Shown here: positions 48,243 to 61,628 of the stretch, piece by piece
Layout: each line of letters begins with the position of its first letter
Position numbering within the stretch: position 1 is the stretch's first letter
Source: Heptranchias perlo
Lineage: Eukaryota
Direction of reading: 5' to 3'
Assembly: GCF_035084215.1 (NCBI RefSeq)
Contig: NC_090351.1
Span: forward strand, 33,604,001 to 33,668,000
DNA length: 64,000 bases
Position numbers and translations under genes: made by a program
Notes under the pieces: generated by a model
Database searches by the model: none
Told to the model about the DNA's origin: nothing
Seen by the model: only the letters and a program-made list of their open reading frames with translations

Positions 48243-49784
48243 ATGACTGAAGGATGCTCAGATCCAGGGGCACCTGAAGACTCTGCACCTGGTACCTCCT
48301 CGGATCAGAGGATTTGAGGGGGACAGGCAAGGCAAGAGAAGCTGGAAAGGTAAGTATTACCCTTCTCTTGCAGCCTCCCAACAGCCAACAGCAGATTACT
48401 TCCTGTATTACATGTAAATGACAACAGGGCTAATTTTGCAAGTCTGCACCCGAGTTTCGGATATGTGTTATGACTGGGCAATGGTCCACACTGGCATCAC
48501 AAACTCTTAAACAATAACCCCTCCTCAACCTTTGTGTTTTGGATCAAAAATTAATTTGTGTTTTGAATGTAGTTTACGTAATTTGCTTAATGAAAGGTAA
48601 AACTAAAAGCCACATACTCAGATCAAGGGTTTGTAAAGTTTTAATGTCTTTGTGGAAGAAAAGAAAAGTACAATAATTTAACCATGTAATAAAGTGGTTG
48701 AACACGGACGATAAAATAACAGGTATTGGGGGGTTAGCAATCCACCACCTGCTGCAAAGTTAGCTTTAAAAAATTGTGAATTAATTTGCCATTAGTATCT
48801 CAGTAAATACGTCAGGTAAGTTTTATATGGATTCCTAAGTATGTTGAATTTAGTTATCATCCTTTGAAAGTCAGTAACTAGTATATTAGACATTTCTAAA
48901 CTTATTCCTTTGAATTCATGTACAGTTCTGGTTCAAGATTGATAAAACAAATAGGATTTCAAACTTTCATTTGCACAATTGCCACCTTTAGTTTTGTTTA
49001 TCTACTTGGGAGCAAATGTGAATTGCTTAAAAATAGTTAATAACGCAAGTTATTATCTCCCATAGCATAAAACGTATCTCTATAACATTTCCTGTCATCC
49101 TCCTGTTTTTCCATTGCATTAAAGCGAATAGATTCAATGAAGGAGAATATTTGACAGCCTTAGGATTCCTTTATAATAAATTATGAGCATTCAGTTCATT
49201 CTCGGCCTCCGATTGATTGTGTATTTGACACTATACATGTTTCTTTTTCACAATACCACAGTCATGTGTAAGATTTGATGTAATAAAGGTTAACCGTATA
49301 GCTCAGTAATTATTGATCAGCTGGGCAAGGGATTGTTGACAACATGGACTAAGACTTTAATATAAATTGAGAGGAGAACCATTCTACTTGACTCTACTTA
49401 GCAGTGATTTAAATAGCCATTTATATAGATGCCGATTGGCTGTGGGCTCTAAAATGTTGACACATAGCAAAGGTGCTAATTGGCGATCTCATGTCATCAC
49501 ATTGACATCCTCATCATTTGCTGTCTGGATAAACATTAACCTTATTCAAAAGTGATTCTGAAGTGATTCAACCTTACATGTTGCAGCCTGAAATCTCCAC
49601 GGATGTGTGTGATGCTGAATTGTGGAGAAATTAATTCTGGATCCTAAACAAATTAAGAAATTTTGCCTTTGGTGCATTTAGATGGAGTTTGTCCCTAAAA
49701 GGATATAGTCTAGATTGGTTTCAACATAAAATGTCACATGCAAATTTGATTTCTGACTCTGCCATTCAGTTTATTAGTTCTACA

Positions 49785-50015
49785 TAGAATTACATAGAAT
49801 TTACAGCACAGAAACAGGCCAATACGGCCCAAGTGGTCTATGCCGATGTTTGTGCTCCACACGAGCCTCCTCCCACTCTATTGACTTCATCTCACTCGGT
49901 CAACGTATCCTTCTATTCCTTTCTCCCTCATGTACTTATCTAGCTTCCCCTTAAATGCATCTATGCTATTCGCTTCAACCACTCCATGTGATAGTGAGTT
50001 CCACATTCTCACCAC
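49785..50015 (-). mobile_element. CR1 3' fragment
   Basis: Reverse-complement similarity to 42260-42380, plus tail. Confidence 0.65.
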
Positions 50016-50897
50016 TGGTCCAGTGTAGCCAAAACCGGATGTATAAATAATCAAGATTTTCTCTCAGATGCCTGTCAAGATCACAATACCCATTAATCTG
50101 TCTTTTCTCATACAGATGTGAATTTACAGCACAAACATAGCAAAACTTTACAGGACATACGAATGTTAAAACATTTGAAATAAAGTTTTACAGAATGGAA
50201 ATGTCCCTGATGTGGCAAGGACATTGAAACTGAGCATTCTCAGGGTGTTGCAAGAGTGTTTATTTTACATTAAGAAACATTGCCATACCATCTCATCAGT
50301 GCTACAACATCAGTTGTCATAGCTCTATCATGTTAAATAATGCCAGCACCCTGAGCACCTTTCGTACAGGATATTACCTGGAGAACAGGACTCTAATCAT
50401 AGTATGCTGTCAGCATTAAATAAAAACAGGGCACACCAACAGCAAGTCCATTGACTGTAAGCGATAAAGCATTATATGGAACTACACCCTTAAACAATTG
50501 TGATTCTTTATAAGTCACTGCAGAAACTATTATTACCACTTCACAACAATGTTCTTAGCACTAAATTGTTAAGTATTTCAAAGATCAATTAAAATATTAT
50601 TTTGCCTACACATAGTGAATAGTCAGAAAAATATTACAGTTGTGTATATTATCCTGTGTTGTTCTGGTGCAGTATGTGCCTGAATGGCACAGCCACAGTA
50701 CACGTACAGGTCCATAAAAACACAGGACTGCCCATAAAAGTCTGCGCTTCACCCATCCATCCATCCATCCTTTTCTAATGTAACAAGGTACTTTTTTATT
50801 TTTCTGTTTGCTCCCATTTTTGAAAAAACGGCTGGCATTTTGCCAGAGTGAGGATGACTGCCCAGTTAAGTGATGCTGACTGTGATGTCACGGGTTA

Positions 50898-51230
50898 TAA
50901 GAACACAGAAACAGGAGTAGGCCATTCAGCCCCTCGAGACTGTTCCGCCATTCAATTAGATCATGGCTGATCGGTATCTTAACTGCATCCACCTGCCTTG
51001 CTTCCGTAACCCTTAATATCCTTGCCTAACAAAAATCTATCAATCTCAGTTTTGAAATTTTCAATTGACCCCCAGTCTCAACAGCTTTTTGGAGGAGATG
51101 GTTCCAGATTTCCACTACCCTTTGTGTGAAGAAGTGCTTCCTGACGTCACCCCTGAACAGCCTAGCTCTAATTTTAAAGTTATGCCCCCTTGTTCTGGAC
51201 TCCCCACCAGAGGAAATAGTTTCTCTCGAT
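50898..51230 (-). mobile_element. CR1 3' fragment, in or just past the gene B 3' UTR
   Basis: AGGAGTAGGCCATTCAGCCCCTCGAG terminal module on the reverse strand. Confidence 0.75.
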
Positions 51231-51458
51231 CAGGTTCAAAGGATACCTGAGGACAAATGCCCTGAGAACCCATGTCACTGGCAAATATCGGAAAAATGCG
51301 GGTACGTTGCCTGTGATTTTCCGATATGCACCAGCTGGGTGTGAGGTGCAAAATTACAGGAGGCTTCGTACTCTAACGGGATCATTTACAATTTATAGGG
51401 ATATCATTCTTCAGAAAATGGGTCAAAAGTATCTTGCAGAAGTCACGTTGGAAGAATA

Positions 51459-51650
51459 TTATTTTTTGAATACAACTGTAGAATACTCTGTTGGTTCTGA
51501 AGCTGGAGGTTCGGTTACTGACGGCTTGATTGCTTCCTGACTTTTGGAAGGTTTCACATTGTTGGAGGTAGCAGAGTCCTCCTGAGGACGATCACTGGGC
51601 TGAATCGTCACTGTGGCATAAGTAACCCCTTCTTCCAAGTCTCTGGACAA
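51459..51650 (-). CDS. Gene B last coding exon with ITIM (VTYATV) and ITSM (TEYSTV)
   Basis: ctttgtcttcag acceptor, phase 0. Encodes LSRDLEEGVTYATV...EPTEYSTVVFKK-stop. Confidence 0.92.
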   Translation of the reverse strand: MSRDLEEGVTYATVTIQPSDRPQEDSATSNNVKPSKSQEAIKPSVTEPPASEPTEYSTVVFKK

Positions 51651-52780
51651 CTGAAGACAAAGAGCACAAGGATGTGGTTTATGGGAATGAAGCAATGAGC
51701 TGATTAATCATTAAAATACAAAAACAAAAATTTAGATAATGCTTTATTTTAGAAAAAAAAAATCCACTTTAAAGTACTATCAGTAAATAGGGAGTAAAAT
51801 CAATATCAAACACAAGTACTTGAGTTAATCAACAACTTAGTTTTTGTAAAGAATTTTAACCATTCCGGCATCACTGTTGAGCTCAAGGGATAATTGACAA
51901 GTATACTATTGGAGAGCCTCCTTCACAGTTTGATGTATAAAAATGCCTCAGTAATTGTCCTGGTCGCATATGTTACATGGCCACATGTCTTAGCTTTAAA
52001 GCTGGCTTTCAGTGATAACCAAGGGCCCAAAACTCTGGTTGGGCTTTGGGTGCTTCTGTAACAGATGGAGACCCAAAAAAGGGGAGGAAGCTCACAGCTG
52101 AAAATTTTCCCAAAGGGGAGAGGAGAGAGGGTGAATTTTCCACTCCCCCTGCACCCCCCACCTCATGTCAAGGGAGTAAGTCGGGGTGACCTCATGGGCT
52201 ACCTTAATAATTCCACCCATTATATCCTCGGGAGGTCTCAGTAGAAGTTTCATCAGCTGAGAGCTGGTGTGAGTCCTTCTGAGGCCCTGGAAAAAGGCCC
52301 AAGAACTCCTGCAGCCTAAGGCAATCGATTACTTTAAGTGGCCCTGTGCTTCCTCAGGATACAGTTTTCAAATGTGCCATTACAGGCATGGGCTGCCCTC
52401 CCTGATTTTACTCCATGTCCAGGATTTGGGATGGGGTCTGGGCCCTCCTCCATCAGCACACTCAGGTCCTGCTCTGCCTCGCTTCCTCCGATTTGAGGGG
52501 AGGGGGGAGGAAATTGGAAGTAAGCCCTCCCCAAGTTTTTCTGATCTCTCTCCCACATACACAATGAATATTGGGAGCCAGACAGAAACCAGGTAGTTAA
52601 GAGGTTTCAAACTGCAATATTTTAGGGATAAAATGTTAAAATAGGATAGATCTGATTATGTTTAAAAAAATTGTAAATTTAAAAATTGGCCAAGGAATGG
52701 GAGGAGAGAATAGAAGGGCGAGAGAGAGCAGAATCAATATTTTTGTTTTTAATTAAAATAATTTTTCAATTTTAATTAAT

Positions 52781-52917
52781 CTTGGCTTCTGTGTGCAGGG
52801 AACAATGCAAAAGGGAATACTTGCAGCACAATTTTAATTAAAATAATTTTGTACTTTTCATTAAAATTTTGCTGCAAGTATTCCCTTTTGTGCTGTTCCC
52901 TGCACACAGATATCAAG
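52781..52917. repeat. Near-perfect hairpin, about 57-bp arms and 20-bp spacer
   Basis: tctgtgtgcagggaaca..caaaagggaatacttgcagca / tgctgcaagtattcccttttg..tgttccctgcacacaga. Confidence 0.9.
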
Positions 52918-53149
52918 GTTAGTACTTAACAACAACAACGACTTACATTTATATAGCGCCTTTAACATAGTAAAATGTCCCAAAGGAGTGTTATCAAACA
53001 AAATAACGTCTTAAATCAAATATTCCCCAGCAAAGTGCATAAAATTATGAAATTTTCACAAGGCCCTTGAAATTACAATGCAGAATATGAGGTACAAACT
53101 CATAATGCATTTGTTTGAAGCTCTTTCCCCGCTATTTTAAACAGGTTAA

Positions 53150-53615
53150 CACCTATCCTAACTCACACCAATCACCCATCACCCCTGTGCTCGCTGACCT
53201 ACATTGGCTCCGGGTCCAGCAATGCCTTGATTTTAAGATTCTCATCCTTGCTTTCAAATCCCTCCATGGCCTCACCCCTCCCTATCTCAGTAACCCCCTC
53301 CAGCCCTCAGATCTCTGCGCACCTCCAATTCTGGCCTCTTGCGCATCCCCGATTTTCATCGTTCCACCATTGGCGGCCGTGCCTTCAGCTGCCTAGGCCC
53401 TAAGCTCTGGAATTCCCTCCCTAAACCTCTCTGCCTCTCTCTCCTCCTTTAAGACGCTCCTTAAAGCCTACCTCTTTCACCAAGCTTTTGGTCACCTGTC
53501 CTAATATCTCTTTATACGGCTCGGTGTCAAATTGTGTTTGATAACGCTCCTGTGAAGCGCCTTGGGACATTTTACTACGTTCAAGGCGCTATATAAATGC
53601 AAGTTGTTGTTGTTG
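53150..53615 (+). mobile_element. L2 LINE 3' end
   Basis: SPITPVLADLHWL.V...DFKIL.L.FKSLHGL.PPYL, 3' UTR and (TTG)n tail. Confidence 0.85.
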
Positions 53616-53738
53616 AGAGAGGAATTTCAGATGAATGCATTAAGTGTGTGTATCTATTATCCCAAAACATCACTTCAAAGGTCGGTCAATTTTGCAGGTA
53701 CTAAACCATCCAGTATTGCTCAGAGATTGCAGCCTTAC

Positions 53739-53794
53739 CACAGAGTTAGACTTTGGAATAGAATTTTCTATTGTTGATTCTTTCTCTCTGTTAT
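53739..53794 (-). CDS. Gene B cytoplasmic exon (DNREKESTIENSIPKSNSV)
   Basis: Strong poly-T-AG acceptor and gtaagg donor. 56 nt, phase 1 to 0, bridging TM to the last exon exactly. Confidence 0.85.
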
Positions 53795-55623
53795 CTAAAA
53801 AAAAATACAAATGTAAAGGTAATGAATAAAGCCATGTAAAGCAGCAGGAAGATTCAAAACGTGACTGTTTTTGAGTTGCATTTAAACGCTGTTTTTTAAA
53901 TCTATTGCACTTTTTAATATTCACAATTCAATATTACATTAAAAAACTGGGATAAATGAGAGTGATGCGGTCATTTTGGGGAACAAACTGGACTATACTT
54001 CATGGGTAGGAGACATAATCAGCCATTGTGTAACAGTTAAAACCTCGCCTCACAAGAATTAAATCACATAAGAAAACATTAATGTCAAACATGGGTTTGT
54101 ATTAGTTACTTATTGCTCCAGTCTATGTCAGGCAGTTGTATGAATTAAATCTCATGATACATTCTGATACTGTTTCACAGCTCAATCACTTTTCATTAAC
54201 TTCGAATTGAGTCCGACAATTATTTTCATTTTTAGCTGTTAGTTGGGTTGTTGATAACTTTTTTTAAAAAACGCATTAACTAATTGATTTCATGGACAAA
54301 AGTGAAAAGGTCTTACTCGTCCTGTAACTGTGTCTCTGCTTGTCCCCCGAGGATAGATTTTAAACTTAACACTTGCGTGGATTGGTTTCCCATGATAGAA
54401 ACTGCCCGATTTTCATCCCCATTAAAATCAATGGGCGGCTGATCTGCAACATTAGTTTTACACCCGGGTGCTGAGTTGAAAATTTACTCCCCAATCTTTA
54501 ATTCTTTCTACTCCCTCTCTGTCTTTCTGTTTGCCTTTCACTCTTTGAATCTCCTTTCTCTCTCTGAGGTGCTCACACACTTTCTCTTGCTGTTGTCTTC
54601 CTATCTCCCTGGTTGTTTCTGGCCCTTTGTGTCCTTTTTTTTTTCTTCCTCTTTATGTTAGAAAAATAGACATTTCCTTTCAAATAAATCTCGATGGCCT
54701 TGATGTGACTCAATCAGAGTTGCTATGGCGATAGATATGAGCGTTGCTGTGAAGGTTTTCTCAACAAATATGCTTACACATCCACAAATGTTACTTTACC
54801 TCATTTAATTCTTGGGTATTGTCCCAACAAAATTACATTTGAGGGGTTGGCAAATCAACTTAACCGTTGGAGAGCTTGTACATTTCTTTTAATTCTGTAC
54901 GCAACAACCCAGAAAACCGGCAAAAGCTGAGCGATATCTTCTAAAAAGCTGACACAGCCCCAAAAAAGCTGACAGACATAAAAATAGATCTTATGACACA
55001 CAAGCTTGTCATAACTTAAGCTGCGGGTATACCCAACATTCCATCACTTTTATTGCAGGAGAACAAACCCAGTTCCTTCCAGGCATACTGCAATGCAGAC
55101 TCATGGCGAGGCTGCCGTGGAATGACAAACAGCAGTACACTTCTGACAACTACTTCGTTTGAAAACACCGTCATATTGGTAGCCATAAAACTGGGAGTCA
55201 GGTCCTGGGCTGATCTGTTGCTTGCCTGCAGACTTATTGTTGCACATTGCGTTTCCTATCCCCTCATTAATGCCTGTCATGTTTTAATCCCATGGTTTCA
55301 GGTGGGGTGGGGTGGAGAGTGTATATGTTGTGATACACAAGATATCACAATTGTGTGGACAGGCTGAACAGCCCTGTTGGTCTTTTCCTGTCCGTCATTG
55401 TTTGTATGTTCGTAATCCTTCCCCCCCTTTCTCCTTGGCAACTGCTGCCAATTGGTTACAATGCCTTTTTGAGCCTTTCCAATGGCTGTAAGAATTTTTG
55501 TCCCACTATACTGTCACTTCCCTTTAATAGGCTGCATCCCTTTAAATTCTATTATTATATGAAAATTGGCCCCATTAACTGGTCATTTGTTTCATTTGCT
55601 GTTTGCAGGTCCTTGCTGTGTAT

Positions 55624-55750
55624 TAAGGGATATTTAGACCTTAGGGGCTAAGGCGGGTATATGGAGTTAGGTCACAGATCAGCCATGATCTCATTGAATG
55701 GCGGAACAGGCTCGAGGGGCTAAATGGCCTACTCCTGTTCCTATGTTCCT
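55624..55750 (+). mobile_element. Short CR1 3' end between about 74-bp direct repeats
   Basis: gatcagccatgatctcattgaatggcgg...(TTCCTATG) tail. Confidence 0.75.
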
Positions 55751-56863
55751 ATTCCACCCTGCACCCATACAAATCTTCACCTGGAGCTGTGAATAATTAA
55801 ACACATATGCTGACCCACAAAATTTGAGTGCCATCAACAGATTACCATTCTGGTGAGATTTGTACCAGTTGCTAATCATTTAGAGCTATTAATTATATGA
55901 AAATTGGCCCATTATCAGGTCATTTGTTTCATTTGCTGTTTGTGGGTCCTTGCTGTGTATAAATTGGCTGCCCTATTTGCCTACTTGACAACAATGACGA
56001 CTCATCAAAAGTAATTCGTTGAATGTAAAGTCCTTTGGGGTGTCCCAAGGATCCTGTATAAATGGAATCTCTTTCTGTTTTCTATATGCTTTTAGAGTTA
56101 AGGAGTATCTGCCTAATCTAATTATTCTGCAACTGCATCTAAGCTAAAGCACAGAATGCTAACTCTTAACAGCATAACAAATATGTAATTTACAAGACAG
56201 CAATTGAGCATGAGAGATTATCTATCAGGTAATCAGATAATGGCAGTTTGATTTACAAATGAATCATTTAGTATTTGATAACTAACTCATTCATTTTGCT
56301 CTTGATATTTGTTCAAGAAATTATAATTGTTTAGCTTCTTTATCCAGTACCAAACTGGAGCATGGTCTTGAATCAGTATCAAATGATACAGAAAATGCAA
56401 ACAAGTAGTCCTTTTAATTAAGAAATAAAATCACCTTTGTGTTGAATTAAGCGTGCTAACGTGACTCCCTAGCATTTAAAAAGCCTCAGCAAGAAACAAT
56501 ACACTTTGCTATGTGCCACATACAAATTGCCACAATGTTACTGGCAATCCTGTCACCATTATATTGTGCTGAATAGACAGTGCAACAGAGTTCCTATTCT
56601 TCCACAGAAATAAAGGAAGTACCGTCACTTTTGGCTGACTGGTTTACTGAGATTAGTGCCAGATTGAAATGAAAATATGAGGAGATTTCTGTCCTGGCAA
56701 GATGTTCGTACTGCTGAAATGCAGATATAGGTAGAATCTCAGCAGCAGATCAAGACACAATCCGTTAACGATTGTTCCATATCATGTGATTGGTTTTTGT
56801 TTCGTATCTTTGAGAGATGGATTTACTTTGCTGCATGAAATTAGGTTTTGTTTCTGAACTTAC

Positions 56864-56964
56864 CATTATTTTTGTGCTTTCTTATTTTTTTGATAACCAG
56901 GATCACAAGTCCGAGGAGCATCATCGACAAAATTCCAAAGATTAGTCCGAGTATTATGAAAAGC
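56864..56964 (-). CDS. Gene B transmembrane exon (RLFIILGLIFGILSMMLLGLVILVIKKIRKHKNN)
   Basis: ccccaag acceptor and gtaagt donor. 101 nt, phase 2 to 1. 24 uncharged residues followed by KKIRK. Confidence 0.88.
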
Positions 56965-59555
56965 CTTGGGGTTTTATGAAAAACAGAGAGAAATTACATG
57001 TACAAACATAATCAGCCATATATGGACCATGACAGGTAATTATGCACAGTAATGCAACATTTTGCTATATCTGCCATATCTCCCCGATGATATCATGGGG
57101 TAATGAAATAGACTATTACTCTCCAACGTCACATAGCATCAGTCTCAGATACTGACTCTACCTTGCAACAAGCTAATGTGGCATTGAATCGATGGTCCAA
57201 CTATGATAGTTTAATGATAGGTGGAGTTCTGATGAAAGGTCATCGACCTGAAGCATTAACTCCATTTCTCTCTCCACTGGTGCTGCCTGACCAGCTGAGT
57301 GTTTTCCAGCATTTTCTGTTTTTATTTTATGACAGTGTATTCCTTAGGCAATTCCAGTCTCCCAGGGCCAGTCGTTTTCTAAAATTTGCAGCTCACACAC
57401 TGATGTGAAACAAATGCCTTCATTACAACAGTGCTATGATTAACTTTGTCACTGTAGTATTTCTCCTATATAACCGAAAGCAAGAAAGAAATAGTACTAT
57501 GAATATCAAATCACAAAGCCTTTACAACTGTTTGTCTTGTTGTCCCTTTCCCCTATTTTTTTCTTCACTTTGTCTTCTAACTATGTCGCCTTTGCTTCTA
57601 ACACGCCATGGAATAAAATTCTCACGGGGACTCTTCCAATTTCCCAGCAAAACTTCGGCAGATGATCAGCGGAAACCCTGGAGAAACGGCACAACCCTCT
57701 TTACTTTTAAAAAATAAATTGATTTTTAAAATTATCTACCCACCTTTCTGAGCTTCTAGGTCCTACAATTCAATACACACAAAACTGAGCCACCCTGTCA
57801 TGCAAGTAGCTTAACTTAGTTAAAATTTTGAAAATATTGCATGACAAATACCACACAGCATGTTATTTTACCATAGTCATGAACCAAAGAGGAGATCTAA
57901 ACTTCCGAATGCTCCCAACCGCTGGGGGTTTTCCTCACATCAAGTCTAATTCTATTGTAGACTAATTGATAGAGATTGATTGCAATGATTAGTCAGCAAC
58001 TCCATTATCGTCGTATCATGTGACTACCAGGATGGTAGAAGGCGAACTAGATGGACCTTGGTCTTTTATCATCTAGCAATTCCTATGTTTCTAAACTCAG
58101 CCCCAGGCTGGAAGCTCATACTTCATATCCCTTGCAGACCATGTAAACCAAGTGTGAATTGATTGCACAGTCTTCATCCAACTCTAATATTCCTCCATAA
58201 CTTAGACCATAAGTATCAAGCAAGCCCCAACATTGACTCTTTTTCTCCATCCTAAAACGAATTGAAAGAGTTTTTAAGTTCCTTTACTTAATCACTTAAC
58301 CGTTTTGTAAACACAACACCCATGAATCCCAGTCTGAGGTGCTCTTGGTTACTCTGGAGTTATGCAGTGGAGTACACTGGATTACATTCAGTGCATGAAT
58401 GTCGTATCACACTGGGACCCTGATGAAAGCACTTCAATCAACACATATCTATTAAATTATCAAATTGCCTTACTATTACAAACTGTTATAATGTGCTGTT
58501 AAGTAGAGTTATGGTAAATATTACAAACGGTTTTGGTCAAAGATTTTTTAATTATTTCAGTTCCAGGATGTGGTCGCCTGTTGTAAAATACTGAACAAAA
58601 GGTACGGTCTGAAGGCGACAGTTCCCTAAAGCTCATAATTAAACTTGTATCACGAATAAGGTAACGATTACTCCTCAAAAAACACAGTCTTGTCATTTTA
58701 AGTTATTTTTCTGTTTTCAGTGGCTCTAGTTGCAGAAACGCATAATAGGTGAAATCACACTGATGATCATACCTATCCTTTGGGCTCCTGCTAGTTATGG
58801 GGATAATTTTATGAGTCCGTGCTTTTGGCACGGAGCTTTGCCCATCGGGAGCACATATTGAAAAGTTGGGTTGCCACTGCCCACTGTTTTCCGATCAATC
58901 ATTTTAATGGTCAGAGAATCCTGGGCATTATGGGCCTGAATTTTCAATAGGTGCTTCTGGTCAGCGGGGCTCCTCACTGGGACCATAGACTTGTAAACGA
59001 ACCCCTGTAGAATTCGAATTAGTTAGGTGATGGGCAGGGTTCAGCAGCATTAATACATGAACTGAGTCTCACTGACTCGATCTCCACTGGGAAGCTGAAA
59101 TAACTTTAAAATGGGACATTAATTTTCCATCCTTGTTATCTTTACCATCCACCCATACATAAGAGAAGACTGATGGATAAAAAAAATTGACTGCAATGGA
59201 TTAGCACATACATAATTACATCTGCACCTATACATACATTGAACAGCAAACCAAAAGAAACTAATCTTGCATATTTACTGTAGCGTAGTGTACTCAACTA
59301 ATATGGTTGTATAGCAGTGGGTGAGGTTGTATGTTAGCAAAGTGCCTTTTTGCTGCTGCAAGCAGCGTTTGAATCCAACTCAACCAGATGGGATGAAGAT
59401 TTCTTCTCCTTGCCAACTGTAAAGGTTTGGGTTGGAGTAGTCTTGGCCCAGTCCACATTGGGCGCAAGTCAACAGCACAAAAACCCCCACAAGGGTTGCC
59501 GGTGGTAAGTAGAATTGCCATATTGGTGCAGTAGGAGGTTATCTTCTGAGACTAA

Positions 59556-59678
59556 GGGGGTGAATTTCCCTCTGCCGCCGTTACTTTATCGGGAACCTCG
59601 TTCACACGCGAAAACAGGCTGACCCTCCGCCGAAGTTGTGATGGTGGAACGGGAGAAGCCCCCAGGAAAGTCACCCCC
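59556..59678. mobile_element. Short MITE-like element related to 6556-6709
   Basis: gggggtgaatttcc ... ggaaagtcaccccc termini. Shares ctctgccgcc..act and cgaagtt internal motifs. Confidence 0.55.
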
Positions 59679-59910
59679 ATAGTTTCAAGCACCGTGATAA
59701 GTCGGTGTAAAGGATGCTCCACCCTTTATGTAACCGATGTTATACCTGGTCTGTCAGAGCTTGATTCTGATACTGGTGCCGAAAATGAAAATCATTCTAC
59801 AGCAGCAACATTCCTCACTTTGGGCAAACATTCACCTGAACTCTGCCATTATTGTGCAGATAAAGAACAAATGCTCAGAATACACCAGTTTAGATACATT
59901 TGACATTTAC

Positions 59911-59947
59911 CTTAGTCTTTCCTTGTCCGAAGGAAGTAAGTTTTGAG
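59911..59947 (-). CDS. Gene B stalk exon (AQNLLPSDKERL)
   Basis: cttttaacag acceptor and AAG|gtaaat donor. 37 nt, phase 1 to 2, bridging V to TM exactly. Confidence 0.78.
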
Positions 59948-60281
59948 CTGTTAAAAGTGATGCATAAAAATATTATTTGATTATTCACCAACTTTATGTA
60001 ACAGACTCACTCTAAACTATCAAGATAAATTTACACTGATTACTGATAAAAGATTGAAATTCTGATTTGACAGAATGATCAAAATGCAACAGATGGTTTT
60101 TCAAAATTGTCCTGGCTCATTCTTAACAGAATTATAACTTTAACACTCTACTGAGAAATCAGGATCTTGGAGATTTTGTAAAGTATATAATAAAGCCTGC
60201 ATCAAATTGTATAACTTTATTATCGAACAAAAATATATAGTTGAAAATATACACACTAGTAAACATATATTTGTGTCCTAC

Positions 60282-60617
60282 CTTCAGTAACTTTAAGTTC
60301 TACAGGACTTAATATGTCCAGAAGATGACGTTTTTCTATTCCACACCAGTACCAGCCCCTATCGTTTGTTGTTAATCCCTCCATAGATACTGTAAGTTCT
60401 CCTTTGTCATTATCAGCTGCAATTTTTATTCTGCTATCATGGCTTTTCTTCTGAGCGCCTTGGGTTTGTACTAAAATAGTACAGGATCTCTGGTAGTAGC
60501 CTCTGCACCAGTACTTTTGATAATTGCTGTAATATTTGTCAAATTTGCAAATAATTTTGACTGAACTTCCCATTGTTCCAATTTTTTCTTTTGGTCCACT
60601 TATTGCAGCGTGCGTAA
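60282..60617 (-). CDS. Gene B Ig V domain (CD300/CMRF35-like)
   Basis: cacttacag acceptor and gtagga donor. 336 nt, phase 1-1. Motifs ISGP, SV.I.C, KYWCRG....C, D.GWYWCGI. Starts with the signal end THA. Confidence 0.95.
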
Positions 60618-61628
60618 CTGTAAGTGCGAAAATATAACACACATTTTAAAGTACAATAGTTGAACTCTTATTGCACACAGAAACATAAGAATTAAAATTG
60701 ATGTTCCCCCTGTAACTGTCCCTCTAATGCCATTAACTGTTCCACTCTTTTTTTTGTGGGCTCCTCTATCTCTTTGTTTGCCTTCCATTCTTTCATTCTC
60801 TCTGCATGGCTGCCTCATTGTCCTTTCTGTTTGTCTGATTCCTTTTTTTTCCACTCGTTTTGACTCACTCGATCACAATGACTCCCCTCTCTCTTCTGTG
60901 TTTCCCACAGTGTCTACATGTATGTTACCAATTTTACTGAGATTTGTTTCTTTTACATTTTTAAGGAAAAAGACACGCAGCAAGAAACAAAAATGTATTG
61001 GGTGGCGAAAGAGTTTTGGACCAGGCAGAAGAGGCCAGGCAAGGGTGTAGAGGGGTCTCTTGGAAGATTCTAAAATACACATATTTCAGAGAAACTGGGG
61101 ATAAGGGTCTGTAATGTATGGGAATAGATTCTGGCCTGGGAGAGCATGGTTGATCTGGAATCACACTCTTGTACCCTGGACTGGTTGAAGTTGTAATGGG
61201 TCTAGAGTTGTGGATGTGCCCGATACTGGTAGAAGCATAGAGAATCATAGAATGGTTACAGCACAGAAGGAGGCAGTTCAGCCCATCGAGCTCATGCTGG
61301 CTCTTTGTCAGAGCAATCCAGTTAGTCAGTTTCAAGAATGGGGCAAGCCCTAAGGCTTGACGTTGGATTGGGGAGCGAGCAGAGCTTGACCAGAGGACGA
61401 AAGGCAGAAGGGATATGAGAGTGAAAGCTTTTGTGTTTGAGGGTGAATGAAATGTTGCATGGGAGTCTGAGTCAGGTGCACAGTTAGGTATGTGATAGAC
61501 TGGCAGTGTTAATGCACAAAGGGCGCCTCAGTTTGGTGAGAAAAAGCTGATTTCCTTAGCATTGGTTCTGCTGTTTCTACTGTTTAATTTTACGAAGCAA
61601 TGGGAGCAGCAAATCTAATGATCCCAAA

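Noticed and set aside
56625-56714. Possible alternative terminal exon after the gene B TM (AVRTSC...QK-stop)
   Set aside because: Supported only by an acceptor-like site. Exon 53739-53794 completes the gene cleanly.
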